64,000 bases of DNA from Spironucleus salmonicida (GCF_000497125.1 NC_090596.1:124001-188000); one strand, 5' to 3'; positions 12,901 through 28,418 are shown, counted from the stretch's first letter. The notes: generated from the sequence alone by a model not told the origin. A program made the numbers and translations.

Positions 12901-15900
12901 CACAGTTTAAAATGCATAAGTTATATTTAAAGAAAATAAAGACAAGGAAAATAATGTTGCTTACACTTAAAAAATTATAAATATGAATGATTAAGAAGTA
13001 TGTAAATAAGAAACTATCCTTTTTAATTAAACATATACAAAACCGGATTTGTATGAGTAATTACATGTAATTTAGGATAGTAGTTAAAATTAATAAAATG
13101 TAGATTTTAATTTTAATTCTACATCAGCTGTCAAAACTAATTAATATTAAAACTTAACAGACTCTAGTTTTTTAGTAGATATATAAAGTAAAAATTTTAA
13201 AAAATAATTTTCCGAGATGATCTATTAATAAGATATTCCACAGAATGAAAAATTATAGTGTGATGATAATTCAAATTTTAATTAATAAATTTACGTACCA
13301 CACTAACACTAAAACATAAATAGTGAAGAAACACGTACCTCTAATATAGTTAAAATATCAGAAAACTACTCGTTGCCACAAGTACAAATATTAAAGGAAG
13401 TAAAATAGTATAAGTCTGATATAACTAGTCCAAGATGGTTAGATACACATCAATTAATTGTACACGAAGAATCAAAAAATAAAATAAAGGATGTTTAGAT
13501 TTCTAATAATTATTCATCTAGCTCCTCATAAATTATTTTCGAAGACATAAAGCGAACTAAAAAGGATTCACTCAGTTTTAGTTTTATAGATCAAACTGTC
13601 TAACATAAAATATTAGCTAAGGAGTAAACAATACATGATAAAATTATTTATTCTACTAATAAATAATCATAGTTAGATATCCCATAATGTTTACAAGTTA
13701 ATAGTAATAATAATAATACTTAAGAATAAAATTATGATTAAATATTTACTGTTATCGGTTCTAAAGACTTACATAGCTAAAAAGAATAGTCTACTCAACA
13801 TAATGAGTTATTTTAAGAAGATTCATAATTTAATTAGACTCAAGATAATTTAGAAAAGCAATATATTAACATATGTACGCCTGAAAATAAGGAATAAAAA
13901 ATTTGTCGTGAATAATCCACAATTACTATTACTGGAAAGTAAAATAATGAGTGTATTTTAACTAGTAAGCCTGTTTTAAGTGTAAAGTAAGATTTAACTT
14001 AAGTAAGTAATTAGAAAATAAATAATACTTTAGTTGAAACAGAAATTTTACCATAAAAAATTATCGAAATAAAAAATTAATATTAAAATAACAATTCCTC
14101 TGTTTAGATTTTAAAATTGTAAGAATAATTATTTAAAGATTAATTATAGGATCCAAAAATAATGTTATTATCAAACGAATAAGTTCTTCAGTAAAATGAA
14201 GAGGCTAAAACTCGTAGAATATCTGTATTCAGCTTTAATAATGATATTAATGATGTAAAGTATACCAAAATTAACTAATCTCTATAATAAGAATAGTAAT
14301 TTAATACTAAAAACATTACGTTAAAAGTAGAACAATCGAATACAAATCACACTTGTATATCTGATAGAAAACTTTTTATTGCTAATTAATATGACAATTA
14401 ATCTTCGATGTCAGAAAATACAAATTTCCTTATTACAGACAATTAATATATTGAATCATCTGACATATTATTAAAAAATAAGAATCGCCTAATATATCAT
14501 TAATAAAATGATTTATTTGACTAAAACGATAATAGTCGCATAAGAAAAATTACAAATGATTTAAGTGCATCTAATTCTGAAAAACAAAAGAATAAGAATT
14601 TTTCTATTGATAACTAATATGTATATAATGATTTATAGTCGCCCATACATAAATATAAACAAATACAAAGTACAAGTATTATTGAAAACATGCAGACTCT
14701 TGGTGATCAAAAATCAGTATAAATATTTTCTGAAATAAATAGTAACTCACCGTAAAAATTAAGTAATATAATATAATCTAAGATACCAAATTATTATTAA
14801 ACAACTGAATCTGCATAAGCTCCTAAAGTAAAGAATAAGCATATAAATTTGGAGTATACAGAATTTCATGTAGAAACCCCTATATAAGATTTAAAAATTA
14901 GTATCAAAAACATCTAAAATTCGGATTAAGACTAAAAACACACAAGAATATAGAATTAATATGAATAATATAATTTTTCAGATACAAGTTCGTAACCTTC
15001 TAGTCTGAACAATAGTTTATAAATTTAATTAATATAACGAGACTTTATAGCCAATTAGGAACCATAAAATGATTTAATAAATAAAGTTAAATCTCATACA
15101 TTTAAAGATATTTAAGCGACCAAGAGCCACGATTTAAAATATTAAAAGAATAGATTTATAGTTAATAATAATTAAGAATTTAAAATAGGTCGAAATTTTG
15201 ATGCAACTCACTAGACATTAAATAGTAAAAAAGAAATTTTATAAGGCAATACAGGAGGAAATTATAATATTTAGAATGTTTTGACAGAAGGATAATAAAG
15301 TAAATTTAAAGAAACCAAAAATAATTAATTAATTTATATCTAAAAGTCTGTGCTAAATGAATTTTAAGACTCACCTATATATAAAAGTGATGTAAATATT
15401 TCAGATAATAAGGTTACTGACGAAAGTATAGGTCTTAATCCTACATCAAAACTATAATAATAAACCCAAACACTATCTAAAATTAATAAGGAACAGTAAG
15501 CATCCACATTAACATAGTCAAAACATGACAATAAAATAAAAGAATATATTTCAGAATCTGTAACCACTGATTTTTATGTTTAAGATCTTAATGATTTTTA
15601 TGATATTGATAAAATATAGTCTAACGAAGTTTCAGAATATGAGGTTATGAATAATTCTTCTATTTTAGTATAGGAAAGTATACCAAATAAAGTTACTGAG
15701 TAGTTCTTGTTGGCTAAAAATAATGTAATAAACAATATAGATATATAACTATAAGAGCAATACAGTATATTTTAATAAGGGCCTAAATAGATAGATGATA
15801 GTAATTTTACTGAATTTTCTCTCTTACCTATTAAAGCTAATAATGATAAGATGCAAGATAATAAAATGGATATCTAACAAGTAGGATATTACAAGAAAAA

Positions 15901-17539
15901 GCAATAAGATGTAAGAGAATTTTACCCTAAGAAGTTGCCTTTATTTGTTCCATAGTAGTAAATTAATAGCTATATTGAACCATTATAGTAAAATGACTTT
16001 ATTTACAATATAAAGGAGAATAATAAGCAGACTATCGATATACAGCAAAAATAAGATACGAAAAGTAGTGATATCAGTAATCTATCTGAAATTATGTAAC
16101 ATGAGAATTAAGTAAAAGAACCAAGTAAGCAAATATAACAAGGAATACAAGTTTATAGCAAGGTGCCATAACCATAAATTTAAAGTGATAACTAGTAAAT
16201 TTAACATTAGCCGTAAATAGATAATTAAAATATATAGAGTGTTACAATTTAATAGTAAAATTAAGATATATAGACTTCGCAGAATGCATTATATTAGGAA
16301 TATATTAAAATTTAAGACAATATAGAGAACTATCCATTTTTTACTACAGTTTATGAACAATGTGGAAAATGTAAGTATAAGAACAAAAATGATGATATAC
16401 ATATTTAGAAAAATAACATATAATAGCCAATTTTATAATCTGAATAATAAAACGATAATCAGTAATTATAAAATTCATAATCTGCGAATATAATTAACGT
16501 ACTAACATATCAACCCAAACTTCCTAATTAAGAATTACAGGATAACATTTGCTAAAAAATAATACGAGATTAAATTCCAGAGTATGAAAATAATTTGGCA
16601 GAAAAACAATATTAAGATTTTATGGATATTTCAACTATAATTATACCGTCCAATGAGTAGGCCTAAAAAAAAGAGCACACATCAAAAGAAGAGCATTTAG
16701 AAAATATTTTGGATTTTCAAGTTAATATAGCTTCAGTTAAGAAGATTGTTAGATAGTAAGATAATCAGTAAATATTTTAAAAATACCAAGATCATTAAGA
16801 TAGAATATTAAATAACGACAAATTTAACTTTAATAATAATGTGGAAAAACTCAAATTAAACGAGTAGGTTTTAGTTTTACCTAGATATTAACGCAATAAA
16901 GAACATGAAAAATCATTGTATATAGAAGAGTAACATCTTATTTTTAAACAGAATTTAGATTATACGCATTTTTCAACAGAAAAACCTTCATCATATGATA
17001 CCTCATATTATTCATCAAACTAAGAAATCGACACAGTTGAAACAACAACAATTTCCGATGAAGTTTAAGAAAATTCTGTTTCTACTTCATTATCAAATAT
17101 AGTAAAACACTCTCTTGAATCAAATATTAATGATACATTCCCATTGGATAATTTAAATGAAACAACAAATAGTTCAAAATAAAAAAGTAGTATGTTAAAT
17201 GATAACTAATCTTGGTATAACCTAATAAATTCAGCATAAAATAACACTCCAAATGATAATAATATGTCTAATGGTTTTGATGATCTAATTAATGATTTAA
17301 ATAAATAAGATATGAATTAAAGTATCTAGAAAACCGATAAATTGCACAAGTATGTCTCATATATTTCTGATGGATAAGTGTATCCTGATGTATCATCACA
17401 TATGCTGAAAAGAGATTATCTTAATAATTAATCAGATGAACATACAGTAGGATAGGTTATTGACAATTATAAAAATTTATCTAGTTCAGAGGGGTAAATA
17501 GGATATGATGCAGCAGCTCTATTACTTGGATTAATGTGA
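6929..17539 (+). CDS. giant Gln/Asn-rich low-complexity protein (~3536 aa)
   Basis: One frame from ATG 6929 (MSKLPQVQQLDQS...) to ...YDAAALLLGLM* at 17537-17539. The frame was open in every line checked and contains many TAA/TAG codons. Confidence 0.75.
10748..10771 (+). repeat. (TAA)6(TAG)2 in-frame microsatellite encoding poly-Gln
   Basis: Eight consecutive TAR codons in the frame of the 6929-17539 ORF. Confidence 0.8.
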
Positions 17540-17573
17540 TATTATTTAATTTATATAATAATTATATGTAAAA

Positions 17574-18821
17574 ATGGATGTAAGACTTCTACTATTATAA
17601 TAGCTAGTATACCCTTACCCTTAGTGTATAGATTCTGCGTAGAAGTTGCCTATTAAGCCTTTATCACTTGAATTAAATTAAAAATATAGTAATTCAGTAT
17701 AACTTTTGCAAATAAGCAATTAAGAGATTATATCAAACTTTACTAAAATCCATTCAGATTATATGTACACTAAGGATACAATCAACACCTATAAATCTGT
17801 TTTGAATGAACTTACAAATATAAATTGTAAATACCAATAGGCAATAAAAGCCCCTTTAACTTTATCAATAATACGAACATAATTTGAGTTACTGTAACTC
17901 ATTAACCCTCATATCCTTCCTTATGAAATGGATAATTTTATTGCAAACAATTTGACAGATCTTTCTGAGTGTCAATTGATCTATCAAAAAATAAAAAAAT
18001 TCTATCGCTCAGCTGATATATTTCTAATTGAAAATTTCAAGTAAGAACAGTTATTAATGGAGTAATTAACTAAGAAAAGCTTTGAAAAATAACTTACAGT
18101 TTATACACTTATTAGTAAATTTAAGTAATCTTTAGATTAAATAATCGTTAATGTGAAGACGAAAGATTTTAAAGAATTACCTATTTTAATCGAATTTTAG
18201 CCATTTAGTTCGGATTTATTACAAACATCATTAGATATTATCTTTGGTGAAATTGAGAGATTTTTTAAGTAGTATTTTACATCTTTTTGGTTCGTAGTCA
18301 CTAGATAATTTGATATTGCATTTATAAAATCGAGTAAATAATATGATAAAAATCTATAAATTTCCATTATTGATGCTTTCAATATATGTATTTAGCAATT
18401 TAATGATTATACTATTGAATTATTAAAGGTAACTTAGTTGTATAATCATTTAGATTTTAATTTTTATTATACTGATTACTTAGAAAACAGACCAAGTTAG
18501 GTAAATTTAATAAATTAAATAGCTAAATTTGCAAAAAAATTCATTACAAGGAAAGATAGTAAGAATTTATTTATAGATAGTTTTTATAATTGTAAATATA
18601 ATATAAAGCAAAAACAATTTTCTTAGGAATTAATTTTTACTTTTATAGGAAGAGTTTTATTAGTTTTGAATTAGGTTGTTTGTGATTGTCTTAATATTGA
18701 CTAGGAAAAATATGTTAGCGATGTAGTTGGGTAACTAAGTATTGCAGGATAGGATGTATTTATCAAAGAAACAATCTGCTCAATGAGTAAAATGTTAGCT
18801 GAGAGTTTATCGAGAAAGTGA
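17574..18821 (+). CDS. hypothetical helical protein (415 aa)
   Basis: MDVRLLLLQQLVYPYP... to AAG-TGA at 18819-18821. Confidence 0.7.
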
Positions 18822-18893
18822 CAATATTATGAATACGATATAATAATATTATGAATTTGGAAGAATTAATTTGACGAAATTTCCCTTTCACTA

Positions 18894-20216
<1,323 letters not shown>

Positions 20217-20317
20217 TCTTATAAATAATCAATATTTTAAAAGTTTATCTTTTGTATGATCTTAATTTAAAATAGCTGAATATTATTAAAAATAAAGCAT
20301 AATAAGTAAATATTTAA

Positions 20318-20629
20318 TCAGTTGGAGAACTTCTTAGCAGAATATCTCTTATATCTATCTTCAGCAGAGCGGACGCGAACTAATCTGTTATGGATGGCAC
20401 AAGAGATGCAATATTGAGTCTTGAAGTAGATCTTGGGTAATTCAAAATCTTTGATAACGATAGCACTAGAAACATCCTGCTAAATGTTGGCTTCTACAAT
20501 ATGCTTGATGGTAAAACGACGAACAATCTTATCAACGGGGCAGAGACGAGCACAATTGTGGCAATGGACTGGATCCTTGCGACCAGAGTGACCTTTATAA
20601 CGACCGTGGTTACGTCTCTTAACTGGCAT
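20318..20629 (-). CDS. RPS26: 40S ribosomal protein S26 (eS26)
   Basis: MPVKRRNHGR...VHCHNCARLCPVDKIVRRF...LPKIYFKTQYCISCAIHNRLVRVRS; zinc-ligating CxxC/CxxC present. Confidence 0.95.
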
Positions 20630-20656
20630 GAGCTCAATGGAGTGGAAACGGAAAAT
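20630..20656 (-). promoter_or_regulatory. C-rich upstream element of RPS26 (example of a motif recurring in the window)
   Basis: TTTTCCGTTTCCACTCCATTGAGCTC-ATG follows an almost pure A/T tract. Confidence 0.55.
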
Positions 20657-20724
20657 TAAAATTATAACTAATAGTATTATTATATATTTATTTTATTAAC
20701 ATAGTATGAACGTAACATCAAAAA

Positions 20725-22767
20725 TCATATTTCACTTCTGAGAATCGCACCAACAATATCCCTCATTTTCTAATCAGTTGTTTTATCTACTTTCTATACA
20801 GATTAAACAAATTAATGATTTTTAGCTTTTTGTGTATGTTAGCTAAGGCTAAATTCTTATATTAAAGTAGGCTTTGATGACCATTTTTACCCATACCCAA
20901 AAACTTTATCTTCCACTTCTTATTGATCTTACTCTTTTTATTTTTATTTATTGACTCTAGACATAAATGAATCCAAACCTTACACTTATTATGGTTCATA
21001 AATTTATGTATTTAAATTTGTACGAACAGGGCTTTTCAGCATATGTTACTCTACTTATTCAAATTCCAGTTCTCTTTTCTTATTATTTAACATAATATTT
21101 TTCATTTGTCTTTCTTCCTCAATTTAAGCCATCAGTATATTTGTATTTTAAAAATCATAATGTGGTTACATAAGTTATGAGGATTTATTAATTTTAGGTT
21201 AAAATACTAGCTCATAATCTTCTTCCTCCTAAATATTATCTTTTAATTGTTAAATTTTTTACTATTTTTTATACATAAGAGTGACAGCATCGTCTTACAT
21301 AGTATAATTTCTAGTCTATTCACAGATTTATTCTGATACCTTATTTATTGTAGGTGTAAAAGTGCAATCTTCATCGTTAATGACATTATCATTAGTTCTA
21401 TCTTAAGAATTTTTCATATTTTTCCTAATAACCGCATCCCTGTACAATCTATCGTGAGCTTGTGAAATTTATGCCTAATTAAAATCCATGTTTTATCTAA
21501 TAGCATTTGAATGATTAATAATAGGGGTAAAACTACATTCCTATAATACTTAGTCTTATGTAGACTTAAATCTGTCTTATGCTTTGTTCTACCATATTTT
21601 AGATCTTTCATTAAAATCACCATACTATTCTGCAACAATGAGCGCTGATTTCTTATTAATACTAGGTCTAAAAATACATTCTATTTCTTCATTATTAATT
21701 TATGCAAATCTTTGTTACGATTAAGTCATTGCACGTTACTAATGACGTGTTGCCAACATATCTCTTCGTTTTTTATGGCTTTCCGTAATAGTGTTTTAAT
21801 TTAAATATGATGACTCCTCTAATTCTTTCTATTCAAAAAGTTGCTACTTTCTCCTTTCATTTTATATTTTTTCAGACATAAGTCTATCTTCAACAGGTTA
21901 GGATGAACTTTTGGTGATGTGATATTAATTAATTTTTGGTGTAAATGTACAGTCTTTAAATTTTTCTCTCTGAATATCATATTTATGTTATTCTCTTTAT
22001 TATAATATTTATTATTATTATAAGTATAATCTATTAGTTGTATCTTCCACAGAAGTAGATTTTTACCTACCATAACTAGAAATTTAAGGTGTAAATGTGC
22101 ATTCTTTCATTTAATTTTTTTCTTATTCTTTTTTTAGTTATTCTATCTTTTACACTGTCTTTATTGATCTAATAGGAGTAGATGGTCTAGACTTCGATTT
22201 GGCTCTATAAATCATTTGTTCACTTTGTGTCTTAAATACCTGAGGTTACTCATACATTGTTATTGTCGGTTCGGAGCGAGAAATTTCTTATTATTCGTTT
22301 TTGACTTTTACCACATTTGGCTTTTTGGCTGCAGATTATTTTGCTGATGCAGAAATTTAACTTTATTTAATCTTTATATCAGGTGTCCTTTACTTTCTTT
22401 TGTTCTTTTGAATTTCTTAGACTTAAGGTTTTTAAACAGCAGCTTTTACAAGGGTTTTTTCTGAGTCTTTACTGTATTAGATTTTTGCTGGAAAATTTTA
22501 TTAGACAACATTTACTTTATTCAGAATAGTAATATTTTCTTAAGTAATTTGAGAAGTTATGCCATTTTATGTAATCTTAGACCGATTTATATTAAGTTAA
22601 TCCTTGATAGTTGAACTGGATACATTTAATGCAATATCTTAATTATAAGACGACTATTTTTAACTAAAAATTGAATAATCCTAATCATTTGCAGCTAAAA
22701 ATTCCTCGCATCGTCGGATTGATGCCTCAACTTCATCTAGATCCATATTATCTAAACTGATATTCAT
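20725..22767 (-). CDS. protein with six [ED]CTFxPxIN-type repeats, probably cytoskeletal (680 aa)
   Basis: ECTFTPQIS, DCTFTPKIN, ECIFRPSIN, ECSFTPIIN, DCTFTPTIN and ELVFQPKIN in one frame. The start could be 22767 or 22746. Confidence 0.75.
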
Positions 22768-22876
22768 TAAAAAATTAAAGCGGTATAGATTAATATATAG
22801 TAATACTTCAAATCGGAAAACTATACTTCTACTTTATTTATAAATATATATTACATCAAACTTAAAATAATAGTAA

Positions 22877-24835
22877 ATGAGTAATTAGTATTTTCCGTTA
22901 AAAACGAAATTTATATAAGAATTTATAATATTAGTAAGCCAAAAGGATATTTTATAACCACTTTGGTCTTGGTAATATGAAAAATAGTAAACTGACAAAA
23001 AAATTATTACAGCATAACATTTATAGAAGATTTATATTCAAAATGGGTTTTCTAGCTCATTTAATAAACAAACTCTATATACTTAAAATACTATTATATA
23101 CTAACAATAGATTTGTAATTTGCAACTAGACTTCCTATCTCACTTTCATAATAATTTTGATTAGAATCTATAATATAAGGTGGTTATTTCGGCTATAGTT
23201 GATGAATTTGCTGTTAAAAATATTCCATTACAGCTAATTGATAGAATTATGAGGGGTCAATTCTAATAAATATGCATTATTTTAAAAAATTTATTGCCTT
23301 AAGATAATATAAACATAATAAGACATATTATAGGTTAAAAAGTTGAATATATAGAAAAATAATATATTTAGTAATTTACAAATGAAATTAGACTAAACAA
23401 AAAGGATAATGAATTAGTTACGGATATTAAATTCACGCTCAATGAACAAATATAAAGATCTTAGAAATTAAGTTGTTAAACTTTATAATTTGTTAATATG
23501 TTATCTTCAACAAAATTAGACTAACAGAGTTTAAGATCATACTCAATGAATACTAGTAGTGTAGAAAATGCAGATAATATTTCAATAACTCAAATTCAAT
23601 ATTAATAAGCATCAATAGAGGATATTAATTTTAATCAAACATTTTCTGATGAAAGAAAATAAGACGATTTAGTGGAATTCTAAATTATTAATAATTTAGC
23701 TATTTATACATATATTAATAAAACATATTCAACACCATTAACTATTTGGGATTTATTTGATCCTAAATATGTACATAAGACTATTATTGGGGAGCTTATG
23801 TAAAATCTTAAGGATCTTTCCTTACTAACAAGGTATTAAACTAGATTTATTCATAATGAGAAATCTGTATCCTATTAGTCTGTATTATATTCTTAAAAAT
23901 AAATTGAAATGTAAATTAGTAATATTATTGATCAGTAGTATATTATTAAATTGATAGAAAGCTTTATTATATCAAATTATAATTTAGTAATTATTGGATC
24001 TCCACCTATTGCAAATTTGCTAGCAAGGTCATTATAATTACTATTACCACCAAGATTAAGATAGAATGTGTAATTTTGTTAAACTGTTCCTTGTAATTTA
24101 TTTATTTGTGATTCTTAGGTTGTAGATTTTAAATAATTTATCGAATTTCCAAATTAGAGTACAGAAATATATTATTAATCAGATAAAGTGGTAGTCAATA
24201 CTGAAAAAAATTTATTTTACACAAAAGAGTAATGCGAATGTGGAAATTATAAACACGGGCAATTAATTTCGTAATGTTGTTCTATTCAATCACTTTCTGT
24301 AGATATAGATTTTTATAACAACATTGACTATCTTATCAATTCTACTTAGTAATTATTACTAACTATTATTGGTTGTATTAAAGAAAAATCAATAATTAAC
24401 CTTGGAAATTAAAAAATATTTAAATAAGTTGCCGAGAAGGTTCAGTTATATTCATCTTATGGTAATACTATAGCACTTAAACATATATTGGAAGCATTTA
24501 CTTGTTAATTATAGTATACTACTTCACAATCTATTTTACCTTAATCAATGATTTGTTAATATCAGTATTTATTTGGATATATAACTTTACAAAGGAAAAA
24601 GGCATTATATTACACAATTAGTCTAGAAGAACTTTTAAAAAATTTAGATGATACTTAGTAAAATAATTTTGTATAAAAGTAGTATTAATTAATTGTTAAA
24701 CGCTGTATCTAGTTGTATCCACAACAAATTTAAGAATTCATATAATTTAAATATTTGTTAGAATATTATTTCCCTGGAATTGTTTAATATCTTGAAGATA
24801 GATAACAAATTCCATTATCAATAAGCTAAATGTGA
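22877..24835 (+). CDS. putative C9orf72-like (DENN-like) protein (652 aa)
   Basis: LIESFIISNYNLVIIGSPPIANLLARSLQLLLPPRLRQNVQFC, NFVQKQYQLIVKRCIQL and LLEYYFPGIVQYL occur in the same order as similar blocks in C9orf72. Alignment is by eye only. Confidence 0.55.
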
Positions 24836-25496
24836 TATTTAATAAATATACCAATGACTCATATTTAACCACCAATATTAGTATACTTCAGTTCGCATTT
24901 TACTTATTTATTCTTTTCCTCTATTAAATTGATGATTTATTTAAAGTATAACAGACGGTTAATTATTAAATAATTTTTACAATATTTATAAGAACTAGTA
25001 CTAAATTATACTTTAAAATGACAGTTTAGTTAAGTGTTTGGACTACAATATTATTCTTTTTCTGATTGTTACGAGGAAAAGCTATACAGAGATTTGTAGT
25101 GCTGTTAATTAAATGAAATTATTAATTATTATGTTATATTAGAATTAGATTTATTAAGACTTCATTAAATTGGATTTTATGTTTATAAATTCTAAATAAA
25201 ATTTAGTGCTTATATATGTTATATGACATTGCTACCATATTGTTATGAATAAACAGTAATAATATTAAATTCAGTTTAGAATTTTATAAATATCTAGATT
25301 AACAGATTATTTAATATCTCTTACTAAATTTATCGCTATAGTGTTGACATTATACTGAAATTTTGACAGGGCATTTGAAAATTATAGTGTAAATAGATAT
25401 ATTATTTTAACATATAATAATATTAATAATATTAATATCATTTATTATTATTATTTATTATTATCTATGTCAATTTTTGAATTCCGCAAAAAGTAA

Positions 25497-28418
25497 ATGG
25501 ATAATTTGTAAAGAATTAAAACACTAATCTAAATGCGTTAACCACGTATTAAAGACTTTCTTAAACCATTTGATAAACTTAATCATGGTTTTGTAACGTT
25601 TACATAATTTCTAAGAGCATTAGAATAGGCTAATATTCAGCTTAATACCGCTGAATCTCAGGCTTGCGTAAATATGTTTGGCACTAATAATGAAATAAAT
25701 TATCTAGATGCTATTAAGTTTTTCAATTAGCCGTCATCTGATCCTAGAATGGCATCAACTCATGGTTCCTTGGCGGGTATCACAGCTAGCTTTGGTGAAG
25801 GATTAGAGGATAAATATGATCAAGAAACAGAAGATATTATTGAATTCTTAAAAGAAGGATGTAGAAAACGACCAGTTATTGGCAAATCCTTTTTCTTAGA
25901 TTACGATTCTATGAAGGATGGCATTATTGTAGCAAATTAATTTGCAAGAGGTTTATCAGTCATGTATTGGGCAGTTTTTAGAAGATATCCGACATAATAA
26001 GAGTTAGACAAATTAATTTATAGATTTTGGGTCAATAGACTTGTTCATCAGAATATGTAAGACTTCGATTTTGAAGCTAAAACTAATCAATCTAGAGAAG
26101 TAGATTATCGCTCATTTATTAAAGCTGTTGGTGCATCTGGACCTGGTGAAGGTGTCCCTGACGTATATATCCCACCACCAAAGTCAAATGATCCATCTTT
26201 CAAATTATTTAGAGATACTATTCCTGACAATTCACCAGAAAAAGCCTTTGAATAGATTAAAATTGCTTAGGAGAAGTTTAGATTTGATTATAAAGCATTT
26301 TTATAATCGAGAGATAAGAGAAAATTAGGTATTATCCAACTAAAAGAATTTATATCCGGCTGTGTGGATGCAGTTCCTGATTTTAAGCGTATCGGATTAG
26401 AATAAAATGACTTTAAATAGGCTGCATCTATGTTTATTGACTATGAAGCAATGGAAAAGGCAACATATACAAAACTTCAATAGACGTAACTCTAAAAGAA
26501 TATTTTAAATGAAGATTTGTGTATAATTAACTATAGAAAATTCTTAGAAACGTTACTAAACCTTCCTAATGTAAATTAGGCAGCATAGGCTGGGATTTAG
26601 AACAACTTATAAACTCTTAAGAAATGCGACAAACATCCTTCTTAACTACCTACTATTAAAACTATCAGAGATTACTTAATTGAACATCCCGTTTTGCTTA
26701 GACAGGAATTTTAAAAATTCGACCGACGTGTTACTGGAAAAGTATCAGGATAGTAATTTAAATAGGTTTTAGCTTAAGCAATTTAGGTATTTTCACCATT
26801 TGTAGAAGCAGAAGAAGAAGATTTAAGACATTCTGCAAAGTTTATCAGATAGAATACTGGAATTACTTTCGAGGAACTATAAAAGGTTTGCAATTTTTAT
26901 TCAGTAGAGACTGTTTCTGGATTAGGTAGTACTGATGTATATAGTGCAGGCCCTGACCAGCTTATTAATAGTGGATTTTTAGTTGATTATATTACATTTT
27001 TAAAAGATGTGGAAGCAGAAGTTGGAGATTATATACCTTCAGTTCCTACATAGCAAAGATATGCAATTATTAATTAACTTAAAATACAACCAGTTAATTA
27101 AGTTTTATGGTTAATTGCTGATTCGTTAGGTACTCGTCATTTAAAACTATCCGATTGCTTAAATTAGGGTGAACCTGGTAGTACTAAATGGAATAGAACT
27201 ATATATGGAAGACTTGGAGCAAGAAAAGTATAATCTAGTCTTAGCAACATATTAGAAGTTATACTAAATGATAATTAACTTGCTAGTCTTGCATTTGCCT
27301 TCCCTCCTTAAGACGGTATTAAAATTTCAAGTTTACTGCCATAATCTTAATACCTCGAAGATGGTATATTATTGCCTAACTAAACTAGAGAAGTTGATCT
27401 TTAAAAAATATTAGATAAAGTTGAAATCTCTATTAAAGACTTCACAACTAACATGAAAGAAATTACTGATATCTGGAAACCAGCTAGAGTTACAGGTATT
27501 TCATTCAAATAAGAAAATGCTCTTGCTGATGAAATAGTTGTGAAATAAGAAAAAGACAAAGAACGCGAAGGAATGGAAGTTGTTTCCATTGCCGTCAAAC
27601 ATATGTAGGATCTTACAGAAGGCAAAGAGTTTAACGATTTGGTCCTTGATCAGGTATTAACTATTTAAGGTACATAGGTATCTACTGCTGAATTATTATA
27701 ATATATTAAAAATCCATAAAATGCTCAAACCTAAATTTAAAAAGCAGCAGCTTGTATTCTTGCATTATATTTAGAGTTACATATTCGTGCGGCTAATCCT
27801 GCTCCAGAATTCAGAGAATTTGATAAATTACGTTAAGGGTTTGTTACTCCTGATTAATTTTCGAGATCATTTGTTTTAGCTACCATGGGCCATTTGATTA
27901 ATAAATATCCTAAATCTTTCAATGAACTTACCTAGCTTTATGTCAATAAATAAGCAGGTAGATTTTTAGGAATGGTGGATTATGCTACAATGTTAAGAGA
28001 ATTAGGAAAACCTCCTCCAAACTCTGTATTTGTAAGTTTATAAGACCAGGAAAGTAACGTAAAAGCGGCTCCTAAGTTACATGATTATTAAACTGTTGCA
28101 AATGAAACACAATAAGAATAGGATGAGTCCAATTATCATGCTTCTTTATAAGGTGTTTTGAAAGACTTATCTGTATTTTGCTATAAATATAGACCTAAGC
28201 TTAGAGATTACTTCCTAGACTTTGATAAGAGAAGATCTGGTGTGTGTGAAGCTAGTAAATTAGGCGCTGCTTTAAGCTAATTTAATTTTATTATTAACAA
28301 TCAATAAGAAAATACTCTACTTTAATCATTTAAGAGCTCAAGATTTGGTTTCAATGATTGTTTCGAATGGAGATAATTTATAGAGGAGCTTGAGAAGGTC
28401 ACAGGATTTAGACTTTGA
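25497..28418 (+). CDS. multi-EF-hand protein, EFCAB6/flagellar-associated type (973 aa)
   Basis: Repeated EF-like units: RIKDFLKPFDKLNHGFVTFTQFLRAL, EFQKFDRRVTGKVSGQQFKQVL, EFREFDKLRQGFVTPDQFSRSF, LRDYFLDFDKRRSGVCEASKLGAAL. Confidence 0.8.

Noticed and set aside
3785-18382. Short hydrophobic ORF-track entries (3785, 7193, 8034, 8391, 9947, 15364, 18197)
   Set aside because: They lie antisense or off-frame within much longer table-6 ORFs.
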